64,000 bases of DNA from Octopus sinensis (lineage: Eukaryota). Of this stretch, positions 37,546 to 50,323 are shown in pieces; within the stretch, counting starts at the first letter, position 1, and each line of letters begins with the position of its first letter. The translations under genes were made by a program, and so were the position numbers. Under the pieces are notes generated by a model that saw nothing but the letters and a program-made list of their open reading frames with translations, ran no database searches and was not told the DNA's origin. The stretch is taken from assembly GCF_006345805.1 (NCBI RefSeq), contig NC_042999.1, positions 141,980,001 to 142,044,000 of the forward strand. The letters are read 5' to 3'.

Positions 37546-39665
37546 ATGGATGGGTGGGAAGGATAGGTACATTAAGAGTTCTTTATTTTGACATTCTTTG
37601 TAGTAGATAAAATAAAGTCAGCTAACATAAGCGGTTGAGTATCTCTCCTTAAATATGTGGTTTAAGGTCACGTTAGAAAAAAAAATATCGGCAGAAAGTG
37701 ACATGACAATTCGAAATGAGTATCAAAAAAGAATCGCTCGTGCCGTTGAAGGCTTATGGTGTGACGCTGTTATTTTGTATAAATAGCAACCGAGTGTTCA
37801 TGAAGAAGGAATATTTTGACGGGCAGTAGGTCAGGCTGGGAAGAAAAGGGAGATTAAGAAATCTTAAAGGTTCTTTTTACTACTTTAATGTCATGTCAAC
37901 TGATGTGTTTGTGTTTCCAGCATGTCATTTGGCTGGTTACGTAGGCGGTTCGGTGTTTTATTTTATCGTTTTATTTTCTTATTGATGGACTTCAAACTTA
38001 GTGAGAAACGGCTGCACGTAGCACTGTCGACGTTAGACCGAGAGATAAGGGGAGAGGCAGAAACAAATAGATACACGTTATAAAGAAATGTATGAGAGAG
38101 ATAGACAGAGAGAGGAAGAGAGAGATGGATAAAATAATAAATAACAGAGAGTAGTAGAAAAGATATTGACTGATGGATGATAATAGGGAAATATAAGAGA
38201 AACAAAGAGAATGAGAGAGTGACCGAAACGGAGAATGAAAAAGTATAAGCAAGAAGTAATAGCGACGGAGAGATAGTGATAGTCAAAGAGATATGGAGTA
38301 TGATTGAGAGAATAAATGTCAGGGAGAATGCAAGAATGAGAGAGGGACGAGAGAGATAATGTAAAGGAGGAGAGATATAACTATGATTGTGAGAAAATGA
38401 ATCACAAGACACAGAGTGGGTGAATGTGAGAGAAGGAAATAGAAATAAGAAGTGAGAGGAGTGATAGCTAGAGAACGAGCGAAATAAACCACACAGAGAC
38501 AGAGAAGGGGAGAGAGGGAGAAAGAAAGAGAGAGAAGTATATCAATGTGAGAGGACGTGTGACAATAGGCGACGGGGGAAGGGAATGAGATAGTGGTTAA
38601 CAGAGAAAAGGATAAGGGTTAGAGATAAAAGTGAATAGAAACATATATCCTCCCTCCCCCCAATTATAGTGCAAGCTGCACAGACGTTACAATGTAAATG
38701 TATTTGAAAAACACATTTCTATATATGTATGTGTGTATGATATGAGTATTAATTTTATGTGTATTATACTTTTGTTAGGAAATTATTTCTCTGTGCATGT
38801 GCACATGCACACACAAACACATACACCCATACACACGCGCGCCTGTGTGTAATGTGTATTTATCAATATTTTTGCATCAATGTGTCTGAATACGTGTGTA
38901 TTATGTGTATTTATTTTTTTTAAATGAGATTTTTCTGTATGTGTACGGAGTGTGTTGGAGGAGATGCATTTACGTGCATGTGTGTGTATGATTCATGTCA
39001 GAAAAAAAAAACGTTTAGTTTTATATTTTAAACCAAGGGAATAGAAAATTAAATAAGCAAATGATTTATATACCACAGATAACGAACCTAATCTACTGAT
39101 TTCATACAAATACAAACAACGGATCCTCTACGCTACGGCTGAAGAACCCCTTGACCGAAGAGGAAATTTCATTCGCATTGACATTTAAAACTGCTTCTTT
39201 ATGATGTCCCTGAAAAGCCGGCTATCTTTTGAATTTTGTATGTCTCCCTCGACGCGATTTGAAGCTCAGAACATGTAAACTAAATACCCTAAGAAGTTTT
39301 GTTCAATGTCATTTTCAGTTAATTTGATAATGCCCCCCCCCCGCCACCGATAATTTGTACACAATAATAAATGAATAAAAATTAGTGGAATGTGACAGAA
39401 AGACTGACCACTTGATTTCATATGAATGCAGTAGTGTAACGCAGGTTTCCGTTCGTGTTGATTTGCAGATTCTCTTCATAGCTCTTTTCTGTTTTCACTA
39501 CTTTGATTTTCTTTTGGCTTATTCTCATCTTGTATCCCTCACATACAGTGGCACAATAAGCTTGCTGAAGTATACACTATTGCCAAAAGAAGTAGAATAA
39601 AGTTTTTACGTGTGTATGTATATGTTTATATGACACTATGTATATAGTTAACATATATATAGTTA

Positions 39666-39707
<42 letters not shown>

Positions 39708-39717
39708 TATATATATA

Positions 39718-39912
39718 GTTAATCCAAACATGAAAGCACAAAAAAAACACAACAACGTGAGGACGTGGAACAAATATAGTATTATTGGACGCTCAGGAAA
39801 AAAGGAAAGAAGGAGGGTTTAACGTTTCGAGCGGAGCTCTTCGTCGGAAACATAGAAGGAAAAATCCAGAGAAGGGAAGACAGAGGGCAAAAAATCGCCA
39901 ACGGTACACACG
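39718..39912 (-). mobile_element. (TA)n-associated dispersed repeat of about 195 bp carrying a minimal hammerhead motif (Penelope-like terminal fragment)
   Basis: Homologous to 62992-63188. Both copies directly follow a (TA)n tract and end CGCCAACGGTACACACG. Confidence 0.8.
39817..39851 (-). ncRNA. Minimal type I hammerhead ribozyme motif (U4C variant)
   Basis: Minus strand: GTTT-CCGACGA-A-GAGC-TCC-GCTC-GAAACGT-T-AAAC. Stem I is GUUU/AAAC, stem II is GAGC/GCUC, and stem III is reduced to palindromic ACGU. Confidence 0.65.
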
Positions 39913-39913
39913 C

Positions 39914-39952
<39 letters not shown>

Positions 39953-40070
39953 TGTGTGTATGGATCAAAACATTTTGATTCAAATTCGTTGGTATTCGTG
40001 AGTTTCAAGCGTGATGCTTTTCGTCAGTCATTTTGAATGCGTGTATATGTGTGTGCATGTATGCGTATGC

Positions 40071-40125
<55 letters not shown>

Positions 40126-41944
40126 TTAGTTGGAAAAGGATGCGTGGCGTTCGATCATATAATAATATAAATAATATATAAATTTATGCATAAATACATA
40201 CATATATGTACATACCTACATATATATGTATATATACATGCATATATGGGTACAGGACATAAAAACAACGTCGAACACCATGAGAAACGAAAACATAAAA
40301 ACAAAAACATAGAAAACGAACATTTTTTTCGAACAACGAAAAAGCAGAGAAACAAGACATGCAACATAAAGAACATTCCCCTTCATCAGTTGTCCCTGTT
40401 TCATCTAATCCGCGTTACGAGGGTAAGGACAATACGCGACTTCGTTGAAACAGTCCTTCCTGCAAATCAAATTAAATAAAATATGGGATTTTATTTAATT
40501 TGTTTTCTGTGACTTTTTTCCGTGACTTTATTTCCTGTGACTTTTTTTTTTTACCTGGATTCTTATCGACTACCATTCCCTGTCATTGAAACCCAATTAC
40601 ACTTATTTTATTAACCAGGATGACCTTAGTTCAATGATGTTGAACCAATGACACACGATGGACTTTGTTAAAAATATTTTCCTGCAATATCATGCGATAA
40701 AAAAATATCTTGCTAAATCTGCCAAAGAAATTGAAAGCTTTAACATATCAATATTTAAAAATTGCATACAGCACTTTATCTAAAGCCTGTAAATTAAAGT
40801 CATGATCAACGAATCAGCAACCTAATCAACCAAGTGTAGGCTAACTTGTCACAGATGTATGATTTTTGGTATTTCTTCTTTTTATTTCGTGATTAGACTA
40901 CAAAGAATATATATCCCAACAACTAAAGCGAAATACTCCCAAACAGAGAACTTATTTAAATGCTTCGCATTTAGTAGCTACAAGTTTGAGTATTTCTCGA
41001 ACTATCATTGATTATGAAGATTCGCTAAGTGATACTGAGTTTACTAAAGTAACTTTTGCTAAATATGTGTAATTTTTATTTTATGACTTTCATAATTAGC
41101 TCTAGGTCTGTTTTTAGCAGAAATTCTCTTTAAAACAGTTATGAAAATAAAATCTAATCGAGAAAAGTAAATTCAAGAAGACTTAAATTCTGGCAACTTC
41201 TTTATTTGTGTTGAAGCAACCAGTGATATTACATAATTAACTTGATAAGTTATTATTGCACGATATTTTCACAGAGATTCAATTCGGAAAGTGTTGATTA
41301 AGTTAGAGAATTTGCTTCGTGATTTGTTGTCAGTGTTTTGTGAAAGACATAGATTTCTAAAAATTAGTTTCGGTCACGACTGAATGCATTCCAAATCGAA
41401 ATGTAGTCCAAATTCTTACAAAACTACTTTTAATAATTTTGTCTTCACGTATTTACTAGGAAAAATCGAACAAAGGATGTAGAATGGGTAATGATTTGAG
41501 CGCTGCTTGTGTAGCATTAAAACCTACGCTCTAATCTCTCTCTTAAAACAACTGTCTTCTCGATCTCGGCAACTAAAAGTCACTAAGGTAGAGATAATTT
41601 TATGCATTTCGTTTTACTATACCGCTTAATATTTTATAATTTCAAGTTATATGTTATCAAACTGTTAGAATAATTGACCGCTTATCTCTATCCATCTAAA
41701 ATTAGAATATATGTGTACAAATGTGACACTCCAATAGTGGAATTATTTCAAATTAACTTCTGACATGTCGGGTTAAAAAGGTTTACTAGTTGTTTACTTT
41801 GAGCGATTCAAACCATGTGAAATTTATTGCCAGAATAAATGTTTAAGCCGGATAAGTGAAAAAATATTAAATGGGATGAAAATGTTCGTCGGGAATAATC
41901 AAATTATATGTGTATAGTTGTCTTATGAAAGTGAGTAAAATTAT

Positions 41945-42170
41945 ATTGGTTTCAAATTTTGGCACAAGGCCAGCAATTTTGAGGGAAAGGTGTAAGTCGA
42001 TTGCATCGACCTCAGTGCTCAATTGGTACTTATTTTATCGATCCCGAAAGAATGAGAGGCAAAGTCGACCACGGCGGCATTCGAACTCTAAACGTAAAGT
42101 GGGAAGGAATGTCGCTAAGCATTTTGTCCGGTGCGCTAAAAGTTCTGCAAATTCGCTGCCTAAATATTGG
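41945..42170 (-). mobile_element. SINE family B copy
   Basis: TTGGTTTCAAATTTTGGCACAAGGCCAGCAATTTT...GGTACTTATTTTATCGATCCCGAAAGAATGAGAGGCAAAGTCGACC...ATTCGAACTC is the reverse complement of family B. Confidence 0.8.
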
Positions 42171-44547
42171 GGTGGGGGAACATTGAACCTGTTTTAGTTT
42201 AAGTAATTTAGTTTGATGTTATCTGCAGTTTGTTTTTTACTGTACAATTTTTAAAAAGTGCTGTTAGTTTAGGGTTTCCGTTATTTTGAAAGTTTGCCGT
42301 AGTTCACAGCTCAACTTCTCTTGCTGGGAAATTGTGATAGTGTTCCACTAAAAGGATCATTTGACTGTCATTTTAAGTAGCAAAAATAGTTGACTACTGG
42401 GGGTCCTTCTCAAAGGGATGATCGTGAAAACGCAAAAGTCTGTACGTAGTGATTCAATCTGTTAGAAACAGCAGCTAAATTCCTTTAAATTTCATTTGAC
42501 CGTATTAAAAAAGGAAGCAGTCTATTTGATAATGTAGTCTTTGACGTAAAGGAATGCCTTTGATTATAGACCAGTTCAACCAAGAAGCTAAACAACAGCA
42601 ATAAGAACAATATTTCAATTAATTTAATTTGAACATATTTCCATTAGTGCCTATTATCCCATCATTGGACGAGAGATTGTTAACCAAACACAATCTTTCA
42701 TGAGGAATCTATCCCGGAAGTTTCAGATCAGCTCAGATAGAAACAATACCCAACATTGCTATAACTACATCGTTCGTTGGCATTTTTGTGGTACAGAAAC
42801 TGGAAATTTCTTGTTCTTGTCATTTATATATCTTTAAAGATCTTCACACTGCAGAGAGTTAAAAATTCATTAGCCCATTAGCTATTTCAATTTAAAACGA
42901 AATATGTGGACATTGTTCGTTGAAGAAAATAGCGGCATTAACTCTGATGTGTCATTTTATGATAGAAGGGCAACACTGAAGAGTTTTTATCAAATAGATA
43001 ATACACGCAAGTGCATGTTGATAACGAATAAGACGAGTGACGCCTTTCAAAAGAATTTCAATGATTTCTAAATACATCACAGTAGTAAGTGTATCAAACG
43101 GCTTGTGGAGTATCTCAGGTATTTGAAAGTCCAGATAAACTACTAAACAATGTGTTTGGGGCATAAAAGGGAATGGGGTCACCACAGATTTTTTCCAGTG
43201 CTTATTTACCATGACGCAAATGGCTATTTTGTAGAAAACTTTTTAACTCATTTCAGCTTGAAAGCTGCGCTCGTGCTGGGGAACCACTGTTGAAAAAAAG
43301 AATGAAAAAAGTGTGTTGAAAATTTGTATTTTACCTGTAAATAATTTACTTATATTGCCTATTACTGTTAGGTGTCAATTAAATCAAATTAAAAACAGGT
43401 TATATTTAATATAGCTGAAATTATCTAATCTGGAGGATAACTTATGAGATAACTTGAATTTTTAATTTAATATTTCACATTCAGCTCTTAGTATGTTTTA
43501 ATATCTTGTCTATTAGACAATAGACGGACAGGTTAGACAATTGACGAACTTGCTGAGCTGTACTCATGGCATCAGTCAGTTTTAATCCTGTTTTGGTCAC
43601 CTGAGGTTCGTGGTGATGGTAACGTCGAATTCAGAGGTAATCCAGAAGTCTACCCACTTCTATATTTCCCAAACTACCAATACGAAAGCCAACCCACTGA
43701 AATGTAGAAAAATTGAGAAAGTACAAATTGTATTTATAAATCGTCATGTGCACAGTGAACAACGAGAATCAAAATGATGACTTATTCATTTTCAATATAC
43801 TCGAGACAGATTCGAACGTGAATATCTTAATCGCTATTGTATTTCGTCATTGAAGAATAACTTTCTTTCAGATGAATGTCTTCATAACACACTTGATTCA
43901 TTAGCGTAAGGGACTTTGTGACATCCGGTGTTTCGACAGCATTGTGTTTCCTCGCCCAAAGCTATCTTGGACTAAAGAGTCTAACAAGTGATTGTGGCCT
44001 CTTGTTTATAACTTCAGCAAATTAATTATAATAAACAAACTGTATTACACTTACAATATTGCATAGATATGGCCTCATCAATGTTCATTTTCCGAATACG
44101 ATTACTCGTGGCCGAAGCTCAGATATTAATCAATCGACGGAAGTTTCAGAACAAGAAAAAATTACCGTTTCGAATCCGCATCCGACAGCCTTTACCTTAT
44201 AAATAAATAAATAAAAATAACATGTTTGTGTTTATGACAAACTCATTGTCTTTTTCAGTCCCACAAAATGTTCCCCATTTCTAATTAATTTACGCTTTCT
44301 CTAACATATATTTAAACTTATGGTTCTGTCGATTTTCTCTGCTTTTTAAAATTTCTTATTCTCAATTGACTAAAGCACGCATTCGTTATTTATTGTAAAA
44401 TTCATGTTGATAGGGTTAAATACGTTATCAGGCAAAATTTGATGTCCTAATCAACACGAATTTCACAAATTTATTTATATTCTCAGTACTGAGTCTCCTT
44501 CTTCAGTAAAAGTTCTGTTGTTATTCTTAAACTTGTTTTAAAGGGAT

Positions 44548-44720
44548 GGTTTCAAATTTTGCCACAAGACCAGTAATTTTGGAGGAGAGGCTAAGTTGAG
44601 TGCATCGACCCCAGTGCTCAACTGGTATTTATTTTATCGACCTCGAAGGATGAAAGGCAAAGTCGACCCCGACAGGATTTGAACTCATAACGTAAAGACG
44701 GACGAAATGACGGTAAGCAC
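44548..44720 (-). mobile_element. SINE family B copy
   Basis: Same reverse-complement motifs (ATCGACCCCAGTGCTCAACTGG...GGATGAAAGGCAAAGTCGACC...ATTTGAACTC). Confidence 0.8.
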
Positions 44721-44774
44721 TTGTTTTAAAATAATAGCTTCAGTTTATATTTACAACTTAATCAGTTAATATCA

Positions 44775-45230
44775 ATTCAGCTGAAGATAGTAATCTATCA
44801 GGTCTGGTCAAAGAAAACACCATAACATACAAACAGCGCTAAAAAAAAGAACTTCAAACATTAGCTTGCGTGTTAAACGGCGAGCAGCCAGGTGAGACGA
44901 AGAGTTACTGAGCTTCACTGAAGCTTTACTAAACAATGTTCACAGAAGGTTTTTCTGGAACAAATTGCTTTATTGTTTATTCAATGAAGCAAGAAAGATC
45001 TGATACACCAGATCTTACTTACACCACCATATATAAATATTATATAGACAATTGTAGTAAATTACTTTTTTAATATATTTGTTGTTCCAGTCGTTGCTAT
45101 ATTCATGTTTTATGTATTTGTCCAGGTTTTTAAAATCAGTAAGATATACATTAACGATCATTCAATGTCTCGCATGACTGGTATCTCACAGAGCCTTTGT
45201 CAGGAGCAATTGGCTCTAGACGAAATCAAG
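44775..45230 (+). other. Putative exon-intron-exon unit A, paralogous to 52935-53300
   Basis: Donor CAG|GTGAGA at 44892, 234-nt intron, acceptor gtatttgtccag|G at 45125. The 105-nt exon (45126-45230) is open in frame (VFKISKIYINDHSMSRMTGISQSLCQEQLALDEIK) and ends AAG|GTAATA. Confidence 0.45.
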
Positions 45231-45305
45231 GTAATAACTCAGGCTGAACATAAGATTTTATGGGATAGAAAATTACAATTTCATACTGTTATTGCTTACT
45301 TCTAT

Positions 45306-45535
45306 GGCGGCGAGCTGGTAGAAACATTAGCAAAAAGGCGGCGAGCTGGCAGAAACGTTAGCACGCCAGGCAAAATGCTTAGCGATATTTCGTCTGCCGT
45401 TACGTTCTGGGGGACGGGGTCGACTTTGCCTCTCATCCTTTCGGGGTCGATAAATTAAGTTCCAGTTGCCTACTGGGGTCGATCTAATTGACTGGCCCCG
45501 TCCCCCAAAATTTCGAGCCTTGTGCCTAGAGCAGA
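45306..45535 (+). mobile_element. SINE family B copy with a tandemly duplicated 27-bp head
   Basis: GGCGGCGAGCTGGTAGAAACATTAGCA (45306-45332) is followed by GGCGGCGAGCTGGCAGAAACGTTAGCA (45337-45363) and then the normal body. Confidence 0.85.
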
Positions 45536-45665
45536 AAAGTATATTGTTTATTTCTCTTTATCATGTATCATGGACAAATTTGCGCAGCCTCGGTAGACTC
45601 CGAAAACATCTTTCAATAGGAACAAAACAAACTATTCTTTTTTCAACAGTATATATCTAGACCGC

Positions 45666-45965
45666 GAAGGCGCGTATTTTAGTGGTTAGAGTATTTAGCT
45701 CACGATCACGAGTTCGATTCCCGACGGCACCTTGTGCCCATGAGCAAGACACTTTATTTCCCGTTGCTCCAGTCCACACAGCTGGCAAAAATGAGTAGTA
45801 CCTGTAATTGAATCACGCTGTGTCACGCTGAATCTTTCTGAGAACTACGTTAAGGGTACTCGTGTCGGTGAAGTGCTAGACCATTTGTACGTTAATTTCA
45901 CGAGCAGGCTATGCCGTTGATCGGATCAACTGGAACCCTCGTCGTCGTAATTGACGGAGTGTCAG
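45666..45965 (+). mobile_element. tRNA-derived SINE, family D (CORE-like)
   Basis: A-box-like TAGTGGTTAG, B-box GAGTTCGATTCC, CORE-like TGTGCCCATGAGCAAGACACTTTATTTC and a non-tRNA body. Confidence 0.75.
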
Positions 45966-46503
45966 TTTCATATTAACAACACACAGATAAACTTCAAGTC
46001 GTTCAAATTCTAGGACTTACAATCTCCCATGAGCTTACAAAACACATTTGCAAATATATTATTTTTCGTGTATAACTTAGTCATAGGAAGAAACACCAAC
46101 GCTTATGAACATTTCACAGATTCTATGAGATTGTGAGGAGGGTTAGAATTTGCGAAAATGACCTTCGTTTTGGGACCAGCTTGGCCTTGATTAAAAAAAC
46201 AAAAAAAAACTTGACCAAGACAAGCATTAAAGTATAGCTCATATATCTAGGACAATGTTACTGCTAACACACACAAACATTCTAGACTGCATCAAAAGAA
46301 TGTCATTTAATTGATTGCCTATGAGTCAGTCACTATCGCACTCTAGCTATTTTCATCCTGTGGCTATTCCTATCATTTTCCAGCGCTCACTTCAAGCTCT
46401 CACCAGTTTAGGAGGGCTTACAAAGCTGGGAGACATAACCCACCCTCCTCTAAATAACTATATCTGCTTGTGCACACACACACACACACACACACACAGA
46501 CAG

Positions 46504-46661
46504 AGGAGTGGCTGTGTGGTAAGTAGCTTGCTTATCAATCACATGGTTCCGGGTTCACTCCCATTGCGTGGCACCTTGGGCAAGTGTCTTCTTCTATAAC
46601 CTCGGGTCGACCAAAGCCTTGTGAGTGGATTTGGTAGACGGAAACTGAATGAAGCACGTCG

Positions 46662-46700
<39 letters not shown>

Positions 46701-46890
46701 ACACATATGTGTGTGTGTTTGTCCTCCTACCATTACTTGACAACCAATGCCGGTGTGTTTACGTTCCCGTAACTTGGCGGTTCGGTAAAAGAGACCGACA
46801 GAATAAGTACTAGACTTACAAAGAATAAATCCTGGGGTCGATCTGTGCTCCAGCATGGCTGCAGTCAAATGACTGAAACAAATAAAAGAA
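46504..46890 (+). mobile_element. Full-length SINE family A
   Basis: Collinear with 35180-35552, including the internal (CA)n/(TG)n tract. Confidence 0.9.
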
Positions 46891-46951
46891 AAAATATGTA
46901 TATAAGTGTGTGTATACGTGTGTGTGTGTGTGTGTGTGTGTGTGCATATAT

Positions 46952-47017
<66 letters not shown>

Positions 47018-48133
47018 CATAAGATTATAATCCAAGCTGTGTCCTCTTGAAGCAAATTTACTTATTCCAGTACCCCACAATTGTATGTAGAGATTATAAT
47101 TGTGTGAAACATGCATGAGACTTGAAAAATACTGGAAAATATTTTTTGCAGAGTTATTACATATCAAAACAGGAGATTGGAAAAATTTTGGTATTATTTA
47201 CTCACTATTACACGTGTTTCATTTGCTCACAGGAGGTACAAAATTGTACATGTAGGAGAAGCATAAAATATCTTCTTTCAGAAATTTTACAGACAGAGAA
47301 TCAAATAGTATTATTTAGAAACACACACACACACACGTACGTACTTATGTATGTATGTATGTATGTATGTATGTATGCATGCATGCATGCATGCATGCAT
47401 GCATGCATGTGTATGTATATATAGTCCAATCTTTCATAAACTGCTGGATATGTTTTATAAACGACCAGCGTTTTGTTAGCTTATTTTGGCGAGCAGACAC
47501 CACGAAATCCCACCATTGTTATATAATTCAAATCTAGAGAAAGCACTGCTAAGTCTCATGAGGGTATTCTCTCAGAAGTCAGTATATACGGACAAATGAA
47601 TTAATTTTACATAAAGATTTGTAATTAGTCATGCTCTAAAATGATAGTAGATACGAAGTGGAATAGAGAAATCATTGAAGCCCAGAAAAAAAAATGCACG
47701 AGAACAGTGACGAAATATTTGAGATAAGTGGTGGGGATATGGCGGATGAAGGAACAGAGAAAATCATTGGAAGAAAAAAAAGAAAAAAGTGGGGCAATTT
47801 GGAAAGGAAGAAGAAAAATGCCAAGAGAGAGAGTGAGGGAGGAGGAGAGGATGGGGAGAGAGGTGGGGAGGGGAATATAGGAAACAAAGGAATAGAGGGA
47901 AAGACGAGAGAGAGAGAACAAAGAAAAGAATTAGGCGCTGAATAAAGTAGTTGAATAACATGGGTTGGAAATTTTGTCTTTGTTTTTCATTAAACTGCTA
48001 TTGTTATGTTTCCCCCCTTCTTTTCGTAGCACAAGCTGCAGTTCTTAGAATATGGTTTTTATTTTAAAAGCCTGTACTTTTATTAAAACTGTCTAGACTC
48101 TCTCCTCCCTGATGAAGCTGATGTTTATCATTG

Positions 48134-48198
48134 AATGGAGGCAGACGATAAAAAAATACGAAGGAAGCCTTCGTATTTTTTTATCGTCTGCCTCCATT
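48134..48198. repeat. Perfect 31-bp inverted repeat with a 3-nt loop
   Basis: AATGGAGGCAGACGATAAAAAAATACGAAGG-AAG-CCTTCGTATTTTTTTATCGTCTGCCTCCATT. Confidence 0.95.
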
Positions 48199-48732
48199 TC
48201 ATTGCATAATTTTTTTTCTTTTCTCTTCCTAATTTTATTTTTCTCATTATTTGCCAAGAATTTCATTCAACTTTTTTTTTACTATTCTTTTCAGCGGGAA
48301 AGCAATCATAAAAAAAAGTCAATGTGAAAATTGTTCGTCGGAGAAATTATGAACTTCAACGAACATTTCCTATTTGCATTTCAATCACTTTATTGTATAT
48401 TAGAAAAATCTACAAGATGCAGAAATAGTATGGAAGAGTAGATTTCCAAGCGGAATTTCTTCAGGCGAACCCTTAAGTCTGTTACTGAAAAAAAAAAGTT
48501 GTCTCTGAGGTATGCCAGAACAAAATAAAGAAATAGGAAGCTGAAATAATAATTAAAAAATTATGTAAGCATGAGAAATAATAAAATATTCAGCTCACTT
48601 CAAGAAATTGTCTTTTCCTTCATAGATTTTATCATATTTTTATTCTGCATTTTTAGTTTCACAACAAAATAAACTGAAGCAGAAAAGTTCAAATAGAAAG
48701 ACGTGGCTTATGTCGCAGCTGTCTTGCTTCTG

Positions 48733-50210
48733 AATTTCTTTATTTGCTTATAGGGGCATACATAGAAAAGACAGAATAGGGTAGGGATAAAACAAGAACA
48801 GTCTTACACAGGGCTGGGGTTACAATCATGATAAACTGGAATAAATCGAGATGATAAATCGAACATTAAATCGAGAAATGGAAATGCGAATAAAAATACA
48901 ATGGTTAAAAATAGAGTTCTTGGGTTTTATTTAACCCGACGGTTTTTCCCTTTTTTTCTTTATCCTTCGTTCTTTTTTTCGCCTTGACCGGCTACACTTG
49001 CACGGCCCCATTCGCTGTCAGCTTCCTTACAATAGTTATCCGTCAATTTTCGAACACACTTTGAGGCAGGCACCTTTTCTCCAGACAGATCTTTCTTAAC
49101 AGATCTTAGTCGAAATGACTTACCAACCCGTGTCCGGAGATGAAATAGCCTGTCTCAATTCCTTTTGCACGTGTCATCCTTACTGTATCTTTCAGTATGG
49201 CTACTACGCAGACAAAAGATGCCTTCCTTTCCTTGTTAAAGGAAAAAGGCGGTGCGATCTTAATCAAGGACTCAGTCGAGGGTCGTACTCTTTCCGCATC
49301 CGACATCAGTTGTTCGACATAGGTTAGCAATTCCCTCAGCTCTTCACAATGTACGAAGGCGTGCGCGACAGTTTCACTGACGCGCCCGCACCTCGGGCAT
49401 GTGGGAGAGGTGTCAAACTCGTGTCTCGACAACTTCTCTGGAACCGGCAAGGCTGATCGATAGCACAACCAAGCCAGGGATTTCTAGAAGTTATCCAGAT
49501 ACCTCGGCCCGAATGTCCTTCCTAACAGGCTGGTGAGTTGTTCCTCATCGAAGCCTAGAGTCTTCCCTAGGACGTCGTCGGACTCATACTCTGCCAACCC
49601 TCTATAAAAATCCACAGTGGTAACCTCGCTGCCGGTATTGCCCACCCGAGAGAAATGAGTGAGTGCTTCTCTGCACTCCTTCCGCCATTCTCCCATTCTA
49701 TCCATGTGCCTACGTCCCACAGGGCCGTCAATTGTAGAAAAAGGAGCTTGACATGCGGTGACCATACCTGTTCACTATCAATTCTGTGTGGCCTGGGGTC
49801 GTCGAGGAAACAACTCTGCTTCTGCTTCAGGCCAGGCCACGTGCATTCAAGCAACCTATACGTAGTGTAGCCATGTCAAAAACTAAAAATGAAGGAAAGT
49901 CGAGATTACCTGCTCTTTTATCTTTCGAGGGGGATTGTTCTCAGTACTACTGAGACCTGTTCTCCCCCCCCCCCCACTTCCTCCATTCCAGGCTTGGTTC
50001 TACAGGCGGGTTAAACACTTTCGGGAGTTCTTTAAGTTCCGCGATTTCTTTAGGGTTCCTTCCCTTTAGTTCCACGTACAACTTTCAGGAAATTCTCCGG
50101 ATTGTAACAGGACTTCTGCTGTTGCTTTTAATTTACAATGAAGTTTGTTAGTGGGGTTTAATAACCCCTTCTAGATATTTGTTGCTGATTTTGAATGCCA
50201 CTATAGTGGT
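48733..50210 (-). mobile_element. Internally deleted Tx1/L1-group LINE (possible ORF1 end, ORF2 start fused to ORF2 C-terminus, 3' UTR)
   Basis: The ATG at 49874 starts MATLRIGCLNARGL, an APE endonuclease start. About 100 nt later come ORF2 C-terminal residues with the zf-RVT/CCHC motif (CYRSALPV...TCPRCGRVSETVAHAFVHC) and one in-frame TAG at 49484. The element ends near AAATAAAGAAA. Confidence 0.8.
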
Positions 50211-50232
50211 GTTCGTTTTTTCAGGGACATAC

Positions 50233-50323
<91 letters not shown>

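Noticed and set aside
40330-40395. CTGATGA on the minus strand (also plus 21785 and 51439) as further hammerheads
   Set aside because: No correctly placed GAAA, stem III or stem I partner.
43601-43696. Minus-strand 96-nt segment with strong acceptor and donor; the plus strand has a 56-codon open frame
   Set aside because: Stops in all three minus frames, and no start or acceptor support on the plus strand. It could be a UTR exon but cannot be supported.
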